The notes: a model not told the origin generated them from the letters alone. A stretch of 64,000 nucleotides of DNA from Octopus bimaculoides (GCF_001194135.2 NC_068991.1:9476982-9540981), one strand, 5' to 3'; positions 1-15,000 are shown, numbered from the stretch's first letter. Numbers and translations: made by a program.

Positions 1-3000
1 TCTATCTGAAATATTTGACTTCCGTTCTATTCTTCTCATGTAATTTATTCTTGTGTTTTTGAACTCTTTCTGTTACTATTTGTATCTTGAGCTTCTATTA
101 TTTTGCTTCTTTTTTATCACTAAATGTTTGGAAGTAATATAGGTAGGTCATGTTGAAACTAAATATTCTTTTAATTAAGATTTGAATATTTATATAGTAA
201 TGACACAGCTAAATCACTACCTGAAGGGTCAATATTTTGTAGCTGGTCATCTTGCCACTGAACTGCTTATAACTAAGACACTTAATTCTTGATGACTCAG
301 TCTACCTATGTGTGGAGGAAGCAGTGCAGCCCATTACTGCAGGCAGTAGGAATATTGTATAATTGAATAACCTTTTAGCTTAGAATCATTGTCATTGAAT
401 GTTTATGGGACAGACAGAATCTGTTGAGGCAGATTCTCTATGGCTAGATGTCCTTTCTCTTGTCAACTCTTTGCCTGTTTCCAAGCAAAGTAATATTTCT
501 CTTTGGCGAGACATGTTTTTTATGAAAGACTAGAAGCAAACATTGCTTGTATGATGGTAACACTTGTTTATAACTATCATATGATGTCTAGACAAGGAGA
601 CCTGCTCAAGCACGTGGCAGGTTTCTTTTCAGTTTCCATCTACCAAATACACTCACAAAGCTTTGGTTGGTCAAGGGCTGTAGTAGAAGACATTTGTCCA
701 CAGTGAACCTGAAACCATGGTGTTGTGAAACAAGGTTCTTAACCACACAGCCACATCTGAGCCTGAAACCATGTTATTGTGGATCTGGGGCCTTTGTAAG
801 GTCTTGAAAGACCTTGGATCTGTATCTGGAAAGTTCTTCTTGAAGGCATTCTTTTATATGTGTTTCAGTCATTTGACTGTGGTCATAATGGAGCACTGCG
901 TTGAAGGGTTTTTTTTTTTTTATGGAAGACTAGTAGTGCTTGAAGATTTTCACAAGGCTGGTAAGGTTCTGAATGTTACTGCTGCACTCTTTCATCTGTA
1001 TACTAACATCTTCCTGCCTCTGTTTCATCTACCCAGGTACAGACATGGTTGTGTGGTTAAGAAATTTGGTTTGCAACTACGTTGTCTTGGGTTCAATCCT
1101 ACTGTATGGCACTATGAACAAGTGTCTTTTGTGGCCCTGGGTCAACCAATATCTTGTGAATGAATTTACTTGATGGAAACTGTGAAAGCCTGTTTGTGTT
1201 GTATGGACATTTGTATCTCACTGCTTGACAACTGATATTGGTTTGTTTGTATGTTTGGAAAGTAGCTGTTTGGCAAAAAGAGATTGATAGAATAAGTACC
1301 AGATTTATAAGTGCTGGGGTTACTTTGATCCACTAAAATCCTTGAAGGACGTCCTCCAACAGTGCTGATGCCTAATCTTTGAACTAGTAAGAGAGTATAT
1401 CTTGATAAGGAATGCTATGGTTTCAATATTTTATTTTGTCCCTAATTGTCGCAGTGGGATCCAACATATGCCAGCATAGAAAAACACATGTAAGATGAGG
1501 ACAACGAAATGATACAGATCACAAGAGTTTTATTTATACCACATGTAGTTTGACATCATGTCTTTCATTTGTCCTCCAAGCCAACTTGTGTGGGGATGAG
1601 TCTGCCTGGTATGAACTAACAGGATTGTACTTGTCTCATTATTGGAAAGCAATTGGATTTTATTTTTTTTTAATCTAATTCTAATGTGGATTTAAACAGT
1701 AGGAACCATCTAAGATATTTGAATAGTTGCCCTCATAAAGTGAAACTCATTATTTTGTAGAATACATGGCTGTTGCTTTGTCCCAGATCAATGCCGAGAG
1801 AGCAAACATATGGTTCAAGCCATTCTGATTATGATTAGTCTTTTTAGGAGCATCTAGAATGACATCAATATTTTTTTTTTGAAACTGTGATTCGTGGGAG
1901 ATTTTGCTGCTATGTCTAGCATGTATAGTTGATCCTTTGAGTGATTTATAACATTGTTAAAGTCTGAAATAGATTTGTAGGTATTAGAGGTTTATATAAT
2001 GAAACTAGAAGACAAACTAGTTACTTATGAAGTCCTTTGTGATATTTGTTCTACATCACACTACAGATGTAGAACACTCCCTTGTCACTCCTGTTATTAG
2101 AAATGCAGGGAACTAGTAATGGTTCTGTTGGGAACTTGTAACCAACAACACTATATATATATATATATATATCATGTGTGCGAAGGCCTAGTGGTTAGGG
2201 TATTGCACTCAATCACTAGATCATAAGTTTCAATTTCCAGCTTAGTTGGGGCATTGTGTTCTTGAGCAAAGTACTTCATTTCACATTGCTCCACTCCACT
2301 CAGTGATAAATGAGTAAGCCTGAGATGGAATGTTGGCCTGCCTGTCTAGCCAGCAGGTGGCATCATTTGAATGAATGCTACAAGGAAGCACATTGCAACC
2401 AGTAGTGTATAATATCTGATAGTGATTTACATATAAATATAAAACATTAATAATGAAGACATTTAAATTCTGCCACCACTGATGGTTGTAGAATTTGCTT
2501 GCTTCAACTCACTCTGCAGTTTCAATGTCTGTAATTCTTGTGAATCCTCACTCTACAGTTTCAGTGTCTGTGAATCTTGCATAAGCGAACTCGGTCATTG
2601 ACCTATCAATCATCAGCACCCAGTTGCAGAACAATTCCCTCTTTTTGTACCTAATATTTGTTTTCTTGTCTATTTTGCAGTCTTACCTACACAACTGTCA
2701 GATCATGCTCACTTCATAGTTCACTTGAAATGGTTTCACTACCCATTAGCTATTATGTTTGTGGTTTAAGTGTCATGTCTCCTTTATCAGAGAATGTGGC
2801 GCTCTCCTAAATTTTAAATATTAACAATTCTTGTCATTTCACTTATGATTAATGTTCTTGCCCTTATTGATCAGGTCACCTACCCTGTGTCAGCAGTCAC
2901 ACCTATCTTTAGCCTTTGGCACAAGGTGGCTTGTGGTTTGGGAAGTTTTAAGACTGTCATTTTAGCTTCAGTCTGTATACTTTTATACTCTCAGTAATTG

Positions 3001-6000
3001 TATATTTAATAAGGATATAAAATTTCTATCACCAACTTTTTTTTAAAAATCTTCTATCTATGGTCTAAGCCTTCATCTTGTTTCTAGGATATATAACTTT
3101 TAAGGTTTTCTATTTTGTTAATAGAATAAAGCAGCTACTGTTGTTGCTACAAGTTAAAATGATTTAAAGCAAACTGATTGTGCAGGTCATTGTTTCTACT
3201 TCAAGTTTTTAAAAATTCGACAAAAAATTTTCTTTTTTGGTAACGGTTGGATGAATCTACATTCTATGCAACTCAGTCTTCTGTTATTTTTATCTCTGAG
3301 GGCCCCAAAGTGCTCAGGATTGAGTAAACTACTTTTCACTCGTATAGGAAGATGGTACATTCAAATAAGAACTGATATAGAATAGAGGGTAGTTTCTACT
3401 CCTGCATGGATGGGACTGCCTCTCTACTGCTGGTAGTATTATAAAATGTTTCACTGTAAAGTATTTGGTGATAGGAAGAAACCTAGTCACAGAAGTGATG
3501 CCAATAAAATGGACTATTTAAGCAAGATGTGTATTCCACAAGGCTTATCACAGACTAGAAGAAAGAATAAGTGAAAAAATATAAGCCATAGGCTTGGGGC
3601 TGAGAATTAAAACCTGTTGGACATTGGTTGCATATCCTTCTATACTACTGCTGCTGAATATTTTTTTAGTACAGGAAAGATATATAAACTTACATATATA
3701 CACATAAAACAGTTTATATTTCACTATTTCTTAAAATTACTCTTGTTGTTTAAAAAAAACTTATTAAATAAGATTAACAATTCAAAAATATTAAAATGGT
3801 CATTTAAACTCCTTGAATTATACAGCTTATTGTCTCAAGATTTTATTTTTAAACACTCTACTAGTCTTCATTCCAGGGCAGTGGTCTTAGCTGAAGTGTT
3901 TACTGCTGATACTGGTGACATTAGCTACTTTACTTGAGAGTAATTACATGAACAATAATGAAAATATTTAGCTTGAACTTGTTTCTACTTAGCGTTTACC
4001 TCATTGAGATGTCAGCTGAGTGTGTTTATGTAACTTGTTTTAATTTAGCTAATGAGTAGAGATTTCAGTTAGAAATATTTTAGAAATAATCTACCACCTG
4101 TTAGGACCTTAATCACTAATTCCTTTCTGCTATAGGCACAGGGCCTGAAATTTTGGTGGAGGGGGGCTAGTCTGTTACACTGATCCCTGTTCTTGACTGG
4201 TGTTTATTTTTGCGCCCCTGAAGAGATGAAAGGTGGCAAATTCAACCTCTACGGAATTTGAACTCAGAACATAGACAGACAAAATGCTTTACAGGATTTT
4301 GTCCTACTTGCTAATAATTCTTCCAGCTTGCCGCTTTAATCACTAATTAATCAAAAAATATAAATAGGTGGTTTTGGAGAAAAATGATAGGCAAAATTTA
4401 GCAGTTTGATATATTTTACTTACGAAAATTGAGCTTCATACATTTCTGTTTCACTTCACATCTTTCACCAATACTCCTCACAAAAGTATAAATATCACAA
4501 CTTCTTTCCTTCTTCAGATATAGTCTCGATCAAACCATAATCAGGGCAGTTTTACTGATAAAATCAAATTTGCTTGCATTATATAGTTACAAGGGTTTCA
4601 TTAACAGCGCTTTCCTCTCATTTTTCTTGGAGTTGATCATGAAAGATAAATCTCCCTCTGGGTAGAAAAACTCTGTTGTCATGTTGCCAGGGAGATACAT
4701 ATTTTGGAAGAATCTGATGTTTTTTCCTGACAACTAGATAATACTATGTGAACATTTAATTCAGTTTATCATTAATTACCAAGAACACAAATTGTGATGA
4801 ATTTGAACTTGTGATTTGTCAATCGAATACCTTTTCCTTTTAGCTTGTTGCCTCCTTGGACAAAACAGTTCATTTAATGGAGTTGCTGCTAATTATTCTA
4901 AGTGTGTTCTATATTAAGTTGAGAAATGGTATAACCTTGTCAGCATCACTATTTCATACTTGCATGCATCATACGGAATTTATCAAGATAGATTTTCTAT
5001 TGTTAGATGCTCTTATTGCCAAGTAAGTGAAAAATTTCCTCATGGTTGGACAGGTTTTAACAATGGATTAGAAACAAGACATTGCTTATGTGACAGGTGG
5101 TATTTATTCACATGTCTCACATGTCAGGGGACACAAACACAAATGCATACCTACATGATAGGCTTCTTTCATCTCTGGTCAGCCTTAGGCTTTTGTAGGA
5201 AACACTTGCTCAAATGTCACTGTACACCATGTGGGCAAATGTCTTTTACTATAGAGCCAACCAAAGCTGAAAGCACTTGAAACCACATGACCAGGAGAGA
5301 AACCTCTTAAATATTTTTATATCAGATCTCCAGTTGTATATGTTTGTTTTTACTTCTTCTGGTGAGGTGCAATGTGTGAGATGAAAATTCTAGTTTGATG
5401 GGTCAGGAGGTTCCTGTAGCTATTGTATCATTCCTTAGTTTACTTGCTCACAAGTTTCTTTTCTGTTTTCCCGTTTCATAGATGATTTGTATCACAAAAG
5501 GTATGCTACTATAGCATCAGTTTCTCTGTGACATTAGTCTTTACACCTTTCCCATTGGTTGGAAAACACTATATAATTATGTCGTACCTCTTGTGTATTG
5601 TTTATGAAACTAAATACACTATGATCTGATTTAACTACTTCATATTAAGTCTAATTGGCTTAACTTTCACTTCTTTTATGCTCTGTAATCTACATCAACA
5701 TAACATTTATTGTTTCTGAATATATTGTTGTTTCCTTTATGGATTTAACTTTTGCTTTCTTTTCAATAGAATATTTATTTATTGATTAGATTTGGGAATA
5801 CCTTATATATGATTTTGACATTTTTTATAAATGGTTTTAACATTTTTTTTTTATATATAATTTTAACCTTTGTTTTTTTTTCATTGTACTGAATCTATCC
5901 AAATGATGACTTCATTGATCAGAAGTCTGAATTTGTTTTTTGTTTATTTGTTCTTTTCTCATTCTCATGCAAACAAATTCATCACTTTAAGCCTTATGTA

Positions 6001-7530
6001 GCAGGTTTAATCACTACTTGGTGTAAGACTACTACCTTGTAGTCTAGTCCCGAAGGCTTGTAACAAAGTGGACTCTGCTAAAAGCACCTTGGTATATGAA
6101 CATCATTTTCCCACTCGTCTGAGAGTGCCCTACAAAGGGTCATGTACACTAGCCTTCCTCCTTTGACTAAGCTGTAAATAAATTACAAAAGGGGCTTTTT
6201 GTGTGGATGTTTACATTGCTGAAAATAACCAAACCTTCTCGAGAAAAAAAAATATGGTTGTAGCTGAAACACTTTGATCATAGACCTGCTCAACTATAAC
6301 TGGCCTTGGGTTAAACAAACAATGCATATATATTCATTTGAGGAAGTATAAATAATTTAATGTGGTTTTTTCCCTATTAACTATTTTGTAAACACTAAAC
6401 ATAATCACAAAGTAAACCAAGCCTCATTCTAAATGTCACTTTACACACCTAGTTTAGCCAAGAATGTTGCGATAGGCCAATTTGAATACATTTGCTCTTT
6501 CCTATTTTAGGCAGTGACTAAATGGAAGTTCCATATGAAATGGTGGAAGTAAAAAACTTCAATTTCACCCTCCTTCGGTTTATTCATCATGAAAGTACAC
6601 CCATAATCTCCCAGAGTAACAATGATTATCTGAATGCACTGACCATGGGTTCCATTCTGTTTACATTCCTATGAAATTTCTTGTGATATTTCATAGGAAA
6701 AGTTTGCTGTTAATCTCCTACCATAGTTAAGAATCTTGTTTCCCAACTATTTGGTCTTGAGTACAGTCTCGCTGCTTGGCACTTTGGGCAAGTGTCTTCT
6801 ACCTTAGCCCTGAGTCGACCAAAACCTGGTAGTGGATTTGGTAGGTGGAAACCGAAAGGATTTCATGTATGCAATTTTTTTGACTGAACTCTTTCAAAGC
6901 AGTGCTCCAGCATGGCTGCAGTCCAGAGACTGAAACGTGTAAAAGGTTAGTGACATTGCTGATAGCTGGCCCTTTAGATTTTCTTTTATCACATTCCTAG
7001 CTAATAAATCTTAATTCCTTCCAGGCTCATAATTCCTTCAACGTCTTTGAGAATAAAAAGGAACTGAATTCTGTTGCATAGATAACTGTTTCCTGTAATT
7101 GAACCTAAGCAAAGGATTTCAATGGTCATGGTAGCAATAGCCGTGATGCAAGATATGAAAACAAGACTCCTGCAGTTCTGTGATAAAAATCTGCTTTGCC
7201 ATTTCTAATAAACTTCAGAGAGCTAACCAATTTATTGGTTACTTACCAGTCAATTGCATTTTAGTACCAAATTTTTATCCTAACTAAAACAGAATGGAGT
7301 TGGTCAAAAAGTGATAAATACTATCTCTGGAGAGGAATATGCAACCCTATTTGCACCATTAAATGTTGGTAAATTCATACCATAAAGTTGAGTGTAAAAA
7401 AGACCATATCTAGGTCGAAGTATGGCAGATAATGGCAGCCAGAAGGGAATACTGAAGTTTATGTAAAGTCAGCTTCTATTAGGCACTTTCAAATATTTAC
7501 AGGTTGGAAAAATAATGTAGAAGACAAGTG

Positions 7531-7768
7531 CTGGTGCTGTCGCCACATTAAAAAGCGCTGAGGCTGGCACCGCATTAAAAAGCACTGGGGCTGGTTAAAA
7601 GCACTCAGTACACTCTATAAAGTGGCTGGCATTAGGAAGGGTGTCTAGCTGTAGAAATCAAGTAAAAACAAGCTGTGAAACCTATGATGTACCTTCTGGG
7701 CTTGCCAGCTCCTCTCAATCTGACCAACCCATGCCAGCAAGAAAAACGGATGTTGAATGATGATGAGG
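7531..7768 (+). mobile_element. Older RTE 3'UTR fragment (similar diverged copies at ~13378-13520 -, ~51350-51512 -, ~54648-54857 +)
   Basis: aaaagcactcagtacactc...ggcattaggaagggtgtc...aacccatgccagca...tgatgatga. Confidence 0.7.
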
Positions 7769-8304
7769 ATTATTACAGTTTACTATTTCTACTAGACAGT
7801 TGGTCTCTTGCAAGTTAGTCATTTTCTGTAGCAGAAGCAGTTGCAGCATGTTTGGTAGAAAAATAGTGGTTGAATTATTTGGTAGTTACTGTAATCTAAT
7901 CTTAGAAACCATGGGCAAATGTATGGTGAAGGGAATAATTATACATAGAAAAATGGAGTGTGCAACTTGGTATTGTTCCTTGTTGAGAAATATAGAAAGT
8001 TTTGAATTGCATGGTTAGAAGTGTCTGAAAAGTGTTTTTGGTTACAGAGTTTGTTATGGAGTCAGTACTTGAATAAATTAAAATGGAGACGAATAATGCT
8101 TCATTTTGAAGAATATTCAGTGAGATTCTGAAATCTTCTGTATGGGTTTACATTAATTATTAAACAGAATGTGCAAAAATGTATTAAAAGCTACAAGTAA
8201 AAATATTTGATAATGCAAATGTATAAGGATCTAAAGTTACTATAAGATAGTTTGGATTTGACCTGATGCCACTGCTGCTGGTTTAAAATTTGACCCCATA
8301 GGTG

Positions 8305-8654
8305 TAGGAGTGGCTGTATGGTAAGTAGCTTGCTTACCAACCACATGGTTCCGGGTTCAGTCCCATTGTGTGGCACCTTGGGCAAGTATCTTCTACTGTA
8401 GCCTCGGGCCGACCAAAGCCTTGTGAGTTGATTTGGTATGTGTGTGTGTGTCTGTGTCTGTGTTTGTCCCCCCCGACATCGCTTGACAACCGATGCTGGT
8501 GTGTTTATGTCCCCGTAACTTAGCAGTTCAGCAAAAAGAGACCAATAGAATAAGTACTAGGCTTACAAAGAATAAGTCCTGGGGTTGATTTGCTCGACTA
8601 AAAGGTGGTGCTCCAGCATGGCTGCAGTCAAATGACTGAAACAAGTAAAAGAGT
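8305..8654 (+). mobile_element. SINE family A copy
   Basis: Colinear with 43385-43790. Confidence 0.9.
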
Positions 8655-8902
8655 AGATGTAGAATTCTAGGAGATATATTACTTGAGAGACAATTATAAA
8701 AACATTTTGTCAAAGAAACCGTTCTGTTTTGTATTTACTGATTTAGACTTTTGAGAGGACCCATACAAATTTAAAGTTGTTACACTAATGGTGTTAAGCA
8801 GTCTGTATCCACATTGAATTTAGTGATGCTTTACAGGTTGATATGATTTGACTTTGAACTTAGTCCACTCTACCTGAGCTTAGTTTTTGGGTCCATCTTT
8901 AA

Positions 8903-9122
8903 CCCTTTAGCATTCAGATTACTGTTAAATGTAATGCTTATATTATTCACGTAATCTTGAATTAATCAAGTATTAATCTTGTAGCTTTGAGATTTCAATG
9001 ATGTGATTGTTTATTTTTAGAATGACATTGTATGGTCAACGTGAGAGGCTCAGCCTGTTCATTTGGAACACAAAACTAGTAGAATATTTGGGCCGGATAT
9101 GGCTTGTTTAAATGCTAAAGGG
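8903..9122 (+). mobile_element. piggyBac-type MITE family 1 (220 bp)
   Basis: TTAA at 8899-8902 and 9123-9126; 12-bp TIR CCCTTTAGCATT / AATGCTAAAGGG. Confidence 0.88.
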
Positions 9123-9611
9123 TTAAGAAATTTGAGATGAGATGACTTTGTAGATTTCCTGTCCTGGATATTTAGAATGTAGAAAAAAACCCAACAAAAT
9201 CTGTGGTTAAATTAGGTTTGTTGTGGTGCAGTCTTTATTCAGTTTTTGAAATAATTCATTTGCTTTTCTCACCAACTCCATTATTTAATTTTTTTTTTTA
9301 CAGCTCCTGCATTGTTTGACATCATTGTTCTTACCAAATATCTATCTTTAAACACCTGTTACTTTGAAGTATCATGTTTTTTAAAAATATTTTTGAATAT
9401 GCTCATATTCTATATTGATTTCAGTCATCAGTTGCAAATCTAAATAACTGCAAAGTGTTAATTTATGTTTCATTAGTAATCCTAGAAATCACGAACAAAC
9501 TGTTAAAACAACTGACACAACACATCACTCATATTCATTTTCATAATGATTTAACCCGATACGAAACAATAGTTTGTGTCTTTACTGCAGTTAAAGGAAG
9601 TAATAATAATA

Positions 9612-10093
9612 ATGGTTTCAAATTTTGGTACAAGGCCAGCGAGTTTGGGTGGGGGGAATGAGTCGATTCCATCAACCTCCAGTACTCAACTGGTACTTAT
9701 TTTATCAACTGGCCTTTGTAGGGTTTTCGAGCGAGATCATTGCCAGTGCCCCTGGACTGGCTCTTGTGTGGGTGGCACATAAAAGACACCATTTCGAGCG
9801 TGGCCGTTTTCATGCGGGTGACACGTAAAAGCACCCACTACACTCTGAGTGGTTGGCGTTAGGAAGGGCATCCAGCTGTAGAAACTCTGCCAAATTAGAT
9901 TGGAGCCTGGTGTTGCCATCCGGTTTCACCAGTCCTCAATCAAATCGTCCAACCCATGCTAGCATGGAAAGCGGACGTTAAACGATGATGATGATGAAAG
10001 GATGAAAGGCAAAGTTGACCTCGATGGAATTTGAACTCAGAACGTAGCAACAGATGAAATACCATTAAGCATTTCGCCCAGCATTCTAACGAT
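9612..10093 (-). mobile_element. SINE family C copy split by the RTE fragment at 9710-9995
   Basis: Halves 9612-9709 and 9996-10093 join into one colinear SINE. Confidence 0.8.
9710..9995 (+). mobile_element. RTE LINE 3'UTR fragment nested inside a SINE
   Basis: Same 3'UTR and (GAT)n tail as 44506-44907; interrupts the SINE motif ttttatcaac|gaaaggatgaaagg. Confidence 0.85.
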
Positions 10094-10589
10094 AATAATA
10101 ATAATATAATAATCCTTAATATTTTTGGCACAAGCACAGCAATATTGAGGGGAGGTGTTTGTTGATTATATTCACCCAGGTATTTTATTTTATCAACCCT
10201 GAAACAAAGTAAAATTGACCTCATTGGCATTTGAACTTGGAACATAAAGAGTCAGAAGAAATGTTGCTAAGTATTTTGTCTGACATGCTAACATTTCTGC
10301 TGACTTGAATAAAGTGGTAGGATGGATTTGATTGGTGGGATTAATGTATTTCTTCAACTTTTGCTGATTGTTAGGAAAGAAATGCTGGTTATTTAGAACA
10401 GTAAGACACATAGTATGGTGTGTGACTGACAGCAGCTGAGTAGTTTTGTTTTGCACTAGTCTAAAGTTGTTTCAGTGATCCAATGAGCTATGGCATTCAC
10501 TCATAAGATAAATACCTCTATTAAATAAAAAAAAAAAAAAGTGGGAGGTTGGGGTGGGGTGGGCAGTAATAAATGTTGGTTGGCAAAAT

Positions 10590-11000
10590 CTCAGGTCATC
10601 AAGCCATTGCTGAGTCCTCAATCGCCGCCATTGTGATGGGGTTTCATTGACAATGAGCTTTCAACAATCAAGGTCTTTCATTGCAGTCCATAGAAGTTAG
10701 CACCTGATGAATGTCATGATCCAGCCCCTCAGTATGTTATTGCAGGTCTTCCTTGCTCCCCCATGTGTTGGTTTCCATAGCAGCACTTGGTGATTTAATC
10801 CATCTTTTTCTTCTGTCTTCAGTTGGTTGATTGTGCTTTTCATGATACGCTTGTTGCTTCTCTGAGCAGTTAGGTGTGTAGTTCATCTTGGTGTTTCGTG
10901 AACTTTGTAAAAGTCCGACATTGTGTTCCGTGAAGAGGTAGGCTTTCTACAGTTTCTGAAGAACTCAACTTTTGTTATTTTGGGAGATACTTTTATCACA
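10590..11000 (-). mobile_element. Degraded RTE-type LINE 3' coding fragment
   Basis: Minus strand reads VLLWKPTHG followed by a GRP-like segment, resembling RTE C-termini; heavily frameshifted. Confidence 0.4.
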
Positions 11001-11159
11001 AGGAAACCATTTTTTCTAGTGTTGTTCAAGTCATACTAATTCTGGTTTACATATCTTTCTTGGTATATCTCACAACAGAATCTAAATAATTATTTTAGCA
11101 CACATAATCTGTAATTCCCAAATGTGCTTGTGCAAAAAGCCATTCTTTTAGCAGCTCAT

Positions 11160-12070
11160 AATCTTACAAGCATGCACTTACAAAAATGACATGGAATACT
11201 TCCTCATACCATTCTTCAGATACATCTGCTCCAGCCTCATGTCAGCCATCTTGAACCTCTGCTCCAGTAACATACACTCTAAAGTAGTTCCTCTCAAATT
11301 CACCAGCTTTCTTAACAAATACAGCATCAGATACAAATACAGCATCTCTACAACTTAAACTTACCAGGGATTACCCAGCAGAATTCACTCAACATGTAAA
11401 ACGCAGGAACTAAAGCAAAATGGCTTTCAGAAATACCATGTGGACCTACAGTTACTACATTTGATCAACACAAATAATAAGCACTAATGTACATACAGTA
11501 TGTTAAATCAATGAATTATGTCTGTTTACTCTCTCGATTTTTTTTTTTTTTTTAAATCTTATAGAAATATAAACACAAAATAGCACACTTAGAATTGGCA
11601 GTTCACATACATCTTATGCCCACAGCTGATCTGTATAATGAGACAAAAATATTAAGAATGGAAGATTACCTGGACATGTATGAAACACATCTTATTACCT
11701 TAGTAAATTCTCCCTCCACCCACAATTCTTGCAACTGCATGTACAGTCACTCCCGAACACTTATACATATCGACACCACCACTGTATGTATGCTAATCTT
11801 TCGGCTTTGTCTAGAGAAACACAAAAGGCAGATTCATGGAAAAATAGCAGCAGCAACAGCAGTTTTATCCTCATCAGTCTCAAGAATCATGTTAGGATGT
11901 ACTCGAACAATAAATGTAGTGCTCCAGCCATTATCATCTTGCTTGAGTCTACTGTGGTCACTTCCTGGCATGTAACAACAGATTGGTAACTAGAGAAGAT
12001 GCAACCTGCCAATTTATCATACTGCACTCCATATGATAAACCCTTGCTTGTCAGAATGTGGTCTCCAACT
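11160..12070 (+). mobile_element. Degraded non-LTR retrotransposon (I/Jockey-like) C-terminal fragment
   Basis: ORF 11595-11975 (IAVHIHLMPTADLYNETKILRMEDYLDM...RQIHGKIAAA) resembles the post-RT region of I-group LINEs; judged by eye only. Confidence 0.35.
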
Positions 12071-15000
12071 AAGCTAAAGTATTGCTTAGTGTGTCAATCT
12101 TAGTTGTTTGATGAAACTACTTTTGTGTTAGAGATCTGCTCGGTCAGGTTTCATTTGGGAGCTTTGTACCACAACAGTATTCTATTTCACTTCATTATTC
12201 CAGTTACTCTTTGGCTTATTGATTGTTATATTATCTATGTGCATATTGTGGTGCAATATCCTGATTAAACTAATCTTATCTTTTATTTATTATTAAGTAT
12301 AACAAATTTTAAATTCTAGCAGTAGGATATCATTCGATATAGTATCATGAGAATGATGGTACTCACCACTAAGCATTGTTATTAAAATTGGTAACTGTAC
12401 TAGTTCTAGTACTGCTGATTGCTGTTTAATTAGCTAATGTAATTCTACATTAAACTTAATAAATGATAAAACCTGTTGAAATGGATCAAGGTTGAATTAA
12501 AATTTGGGATAATAATCTGAAGCCAACATCATTGATTTCAGTGGTTTATGCTGTTTGAGGTCAGGTCAGCATTATCAGTTCATTTAGTGCTTAAAGAGTT
12601 AAGTAGTAAACACTAAAGAGGTGTGATCTAATATTGAAAATGAATGGCTAGCTGTACATTTGTTCAATAAGTGCCATAAGCTTGAGATTAAAGATAATTG
12701 TATGAGCTTGTTTGAAACATTAACGGTAATTGTTGGCAGTGGGGGTATAAAGGATAGGAGTGAGTAAGCAGTGTTGCCAGGATAATCTTCTTAATCCATG
12801 CTACTTTGACAGGCTAAAATATTATTGCTTATAAAATGTCACTTTGGAGAACTCCCTATGTGAACCCTCCTACCATCTAATTTAGCTAATGTCTTTTAAC
12901 AACAGTATTTTTCTTTTATGTTTTGGTGGCCATCTCCATTGATTGATTTTTTTCAGCCATGTTGATGGCTTCTATTCTTTATGGAATATGTTAGAGTGCA
13001 GGATAATCAATAAAATACGTTTATTTTTTATTATATTGAATGTAAAAAAAAAACTTTTTTATTGATTTCTTTAAGCACAATACCACAAAATTTTGAAAGG
13101 AAGAAGACTAGAAAGTGTATGTGCAGGGAAGAATTGGTTTGGTTTTACTGACCGTTAGATTCCAATTGCCAGAATCTAGACTTTGATCTACAGTGCTTAT
13201 GGTTTATTTTAAAACCTATGTCAATTCTAAATCTCTTATAGCTTTCTGTATGGTCTTGTTTTATTTTTATTTAGATTTTTCAAGTTTCCTATTGTTGACC
13301 AGCAAATTATTCATGGTTACTATCTTAAAGTCAGAAATAACTATTTTAAATTTATGGTCTTCCATGTACCGTGACATTCATCATTTACTGTCTGTTTTCC
13401 ATGCTGGCATGGGTTGGATAGTTTGATAGGTCCAGTGTTGGCGTTGGCATGTTTTCTATGACCGGATGCCCTTCTTAATGCCAACCACCTTACATTGTGT
13501 TGGGTGCTTTTTCCACACATCTGGTACCACTAAGGTTGTCGAGTAAGTTGAATGAATGACAAAAAGAATTTTAAAAAATTCAGTTACTGTTTAAATCCCT
13601 TAAACAAATTCTTCATGAAAGTTTTTAACTATTAGGCATAATTTCTTTGAACTTGTTTTAAGAAGAAGAAAAATTTAAAGCACAGAAGGATGTTTAATGA
13701 GGATTTGATTGCAGGCTTCTTTTCTTCTCAAAGCAGTTCATAACTAGATATTTCAAGAAATTTGGTTCTAATTGTAGAATTTTAAATCTTAGAGTGAACT
13801 AAAATCAAAATGCTTGAAGTGGGGGAGGCAAGATCCACAAAAGCAGAAAATGGGTTGTACTTAGTGCAGATATTGGGTGGTGTTTTCTTGATTGAGCAGA
13901 AGACCAGGGTCAAAAGCATTCCAACTATGATCATCTTGTTTTTTTATTTTTTTTATTTGGTACTATATTATCTAATGTGCCTGGAATTTAGCTGCTGTTT
14001 CTCACAGGTCAAGCTATTATGCAGAGACACCCTCGTTTGGCTTGTAATATTCATATAAAATTGCTGTAGCAGCTAAAGTCAGTTGTAAGATAGTGCTCCT
14101 ATATAAAATAGGAGCAACATGGTGGAAGTAATTTGGGAGAGTTGGTGTAGATGTCAGGAAAATATGTGTAGTATTAGTAATTTCAATGAAGGACAAATTT
14201 TCTCTTAACCTGTTGATTCAGTCTATGTACAGCCTTCCTAAAACCAATCAAATATTTCCTGATGAACAGCATGCTGCTTTTAGTCTTGTACTTCAACATT
14301 ATATTTCTTCCCAGGTTTACTTTGATGCCAAAATTGGTTCAGAATCAGAAAGAATTACAATAATCACATTTGGTATTTTCACCATTATTCATATGGGTGG
14401 TTAAAAAGCTTGCTTTGTAACCATGTGGTTTCAAATTCAGTACCATTGTGTGTGACACTTTGGGCAAGTGTCTTCTGTTGCCCTGGGCCAACCAATGCCT
14501 AGTGAGAGTTTTGTAGATGGAATCTGTTTTGAACCTTGTTGGATGTATTTGTGTGTTTTTGTGGTTCATCCCCCTCTACTGCCTGACAGCCAGTGTTGGT
14601 TTAAGACCCCATAACTTAGTTTGGCAGTACTGGGGTCAATTTGTTCAACTAAAAACCTTTCAAGGCAGTGCCCCAGCATGGCCACAGTTCAGTGACTGAA
14701 ACAAGTAAGAGATAACTGTTAACTTCTAAGGTTCTTCGTTTATTGTATCCTCATAATTACATCATCTCTTTCCTTGTTAACATAGACCGAGGTGCATAAG
14801 CTAGAATCCTTCTCCTCGTCTGAAACTCGTATTCATGCCAGCAGCAACAGCTGCATTTGTATCCTGTTCAGGCTGTGACTCAGTCTTTCACATTTTGATG
14901 TCTGTCCTTCGTATCGGTTAATTTCTGTGTTTGCTTATCGTGACTGCAGCACCAGGAACATTTCTCAAGCATTGAAGGATGCATTTGACATTAAGAATAT

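Noticed and set aside
7245-7281. Minus-strand micro-exon with good acceptor and gtaagt donor
   Set aside because: Stop codons in all three frames and no partner exons.
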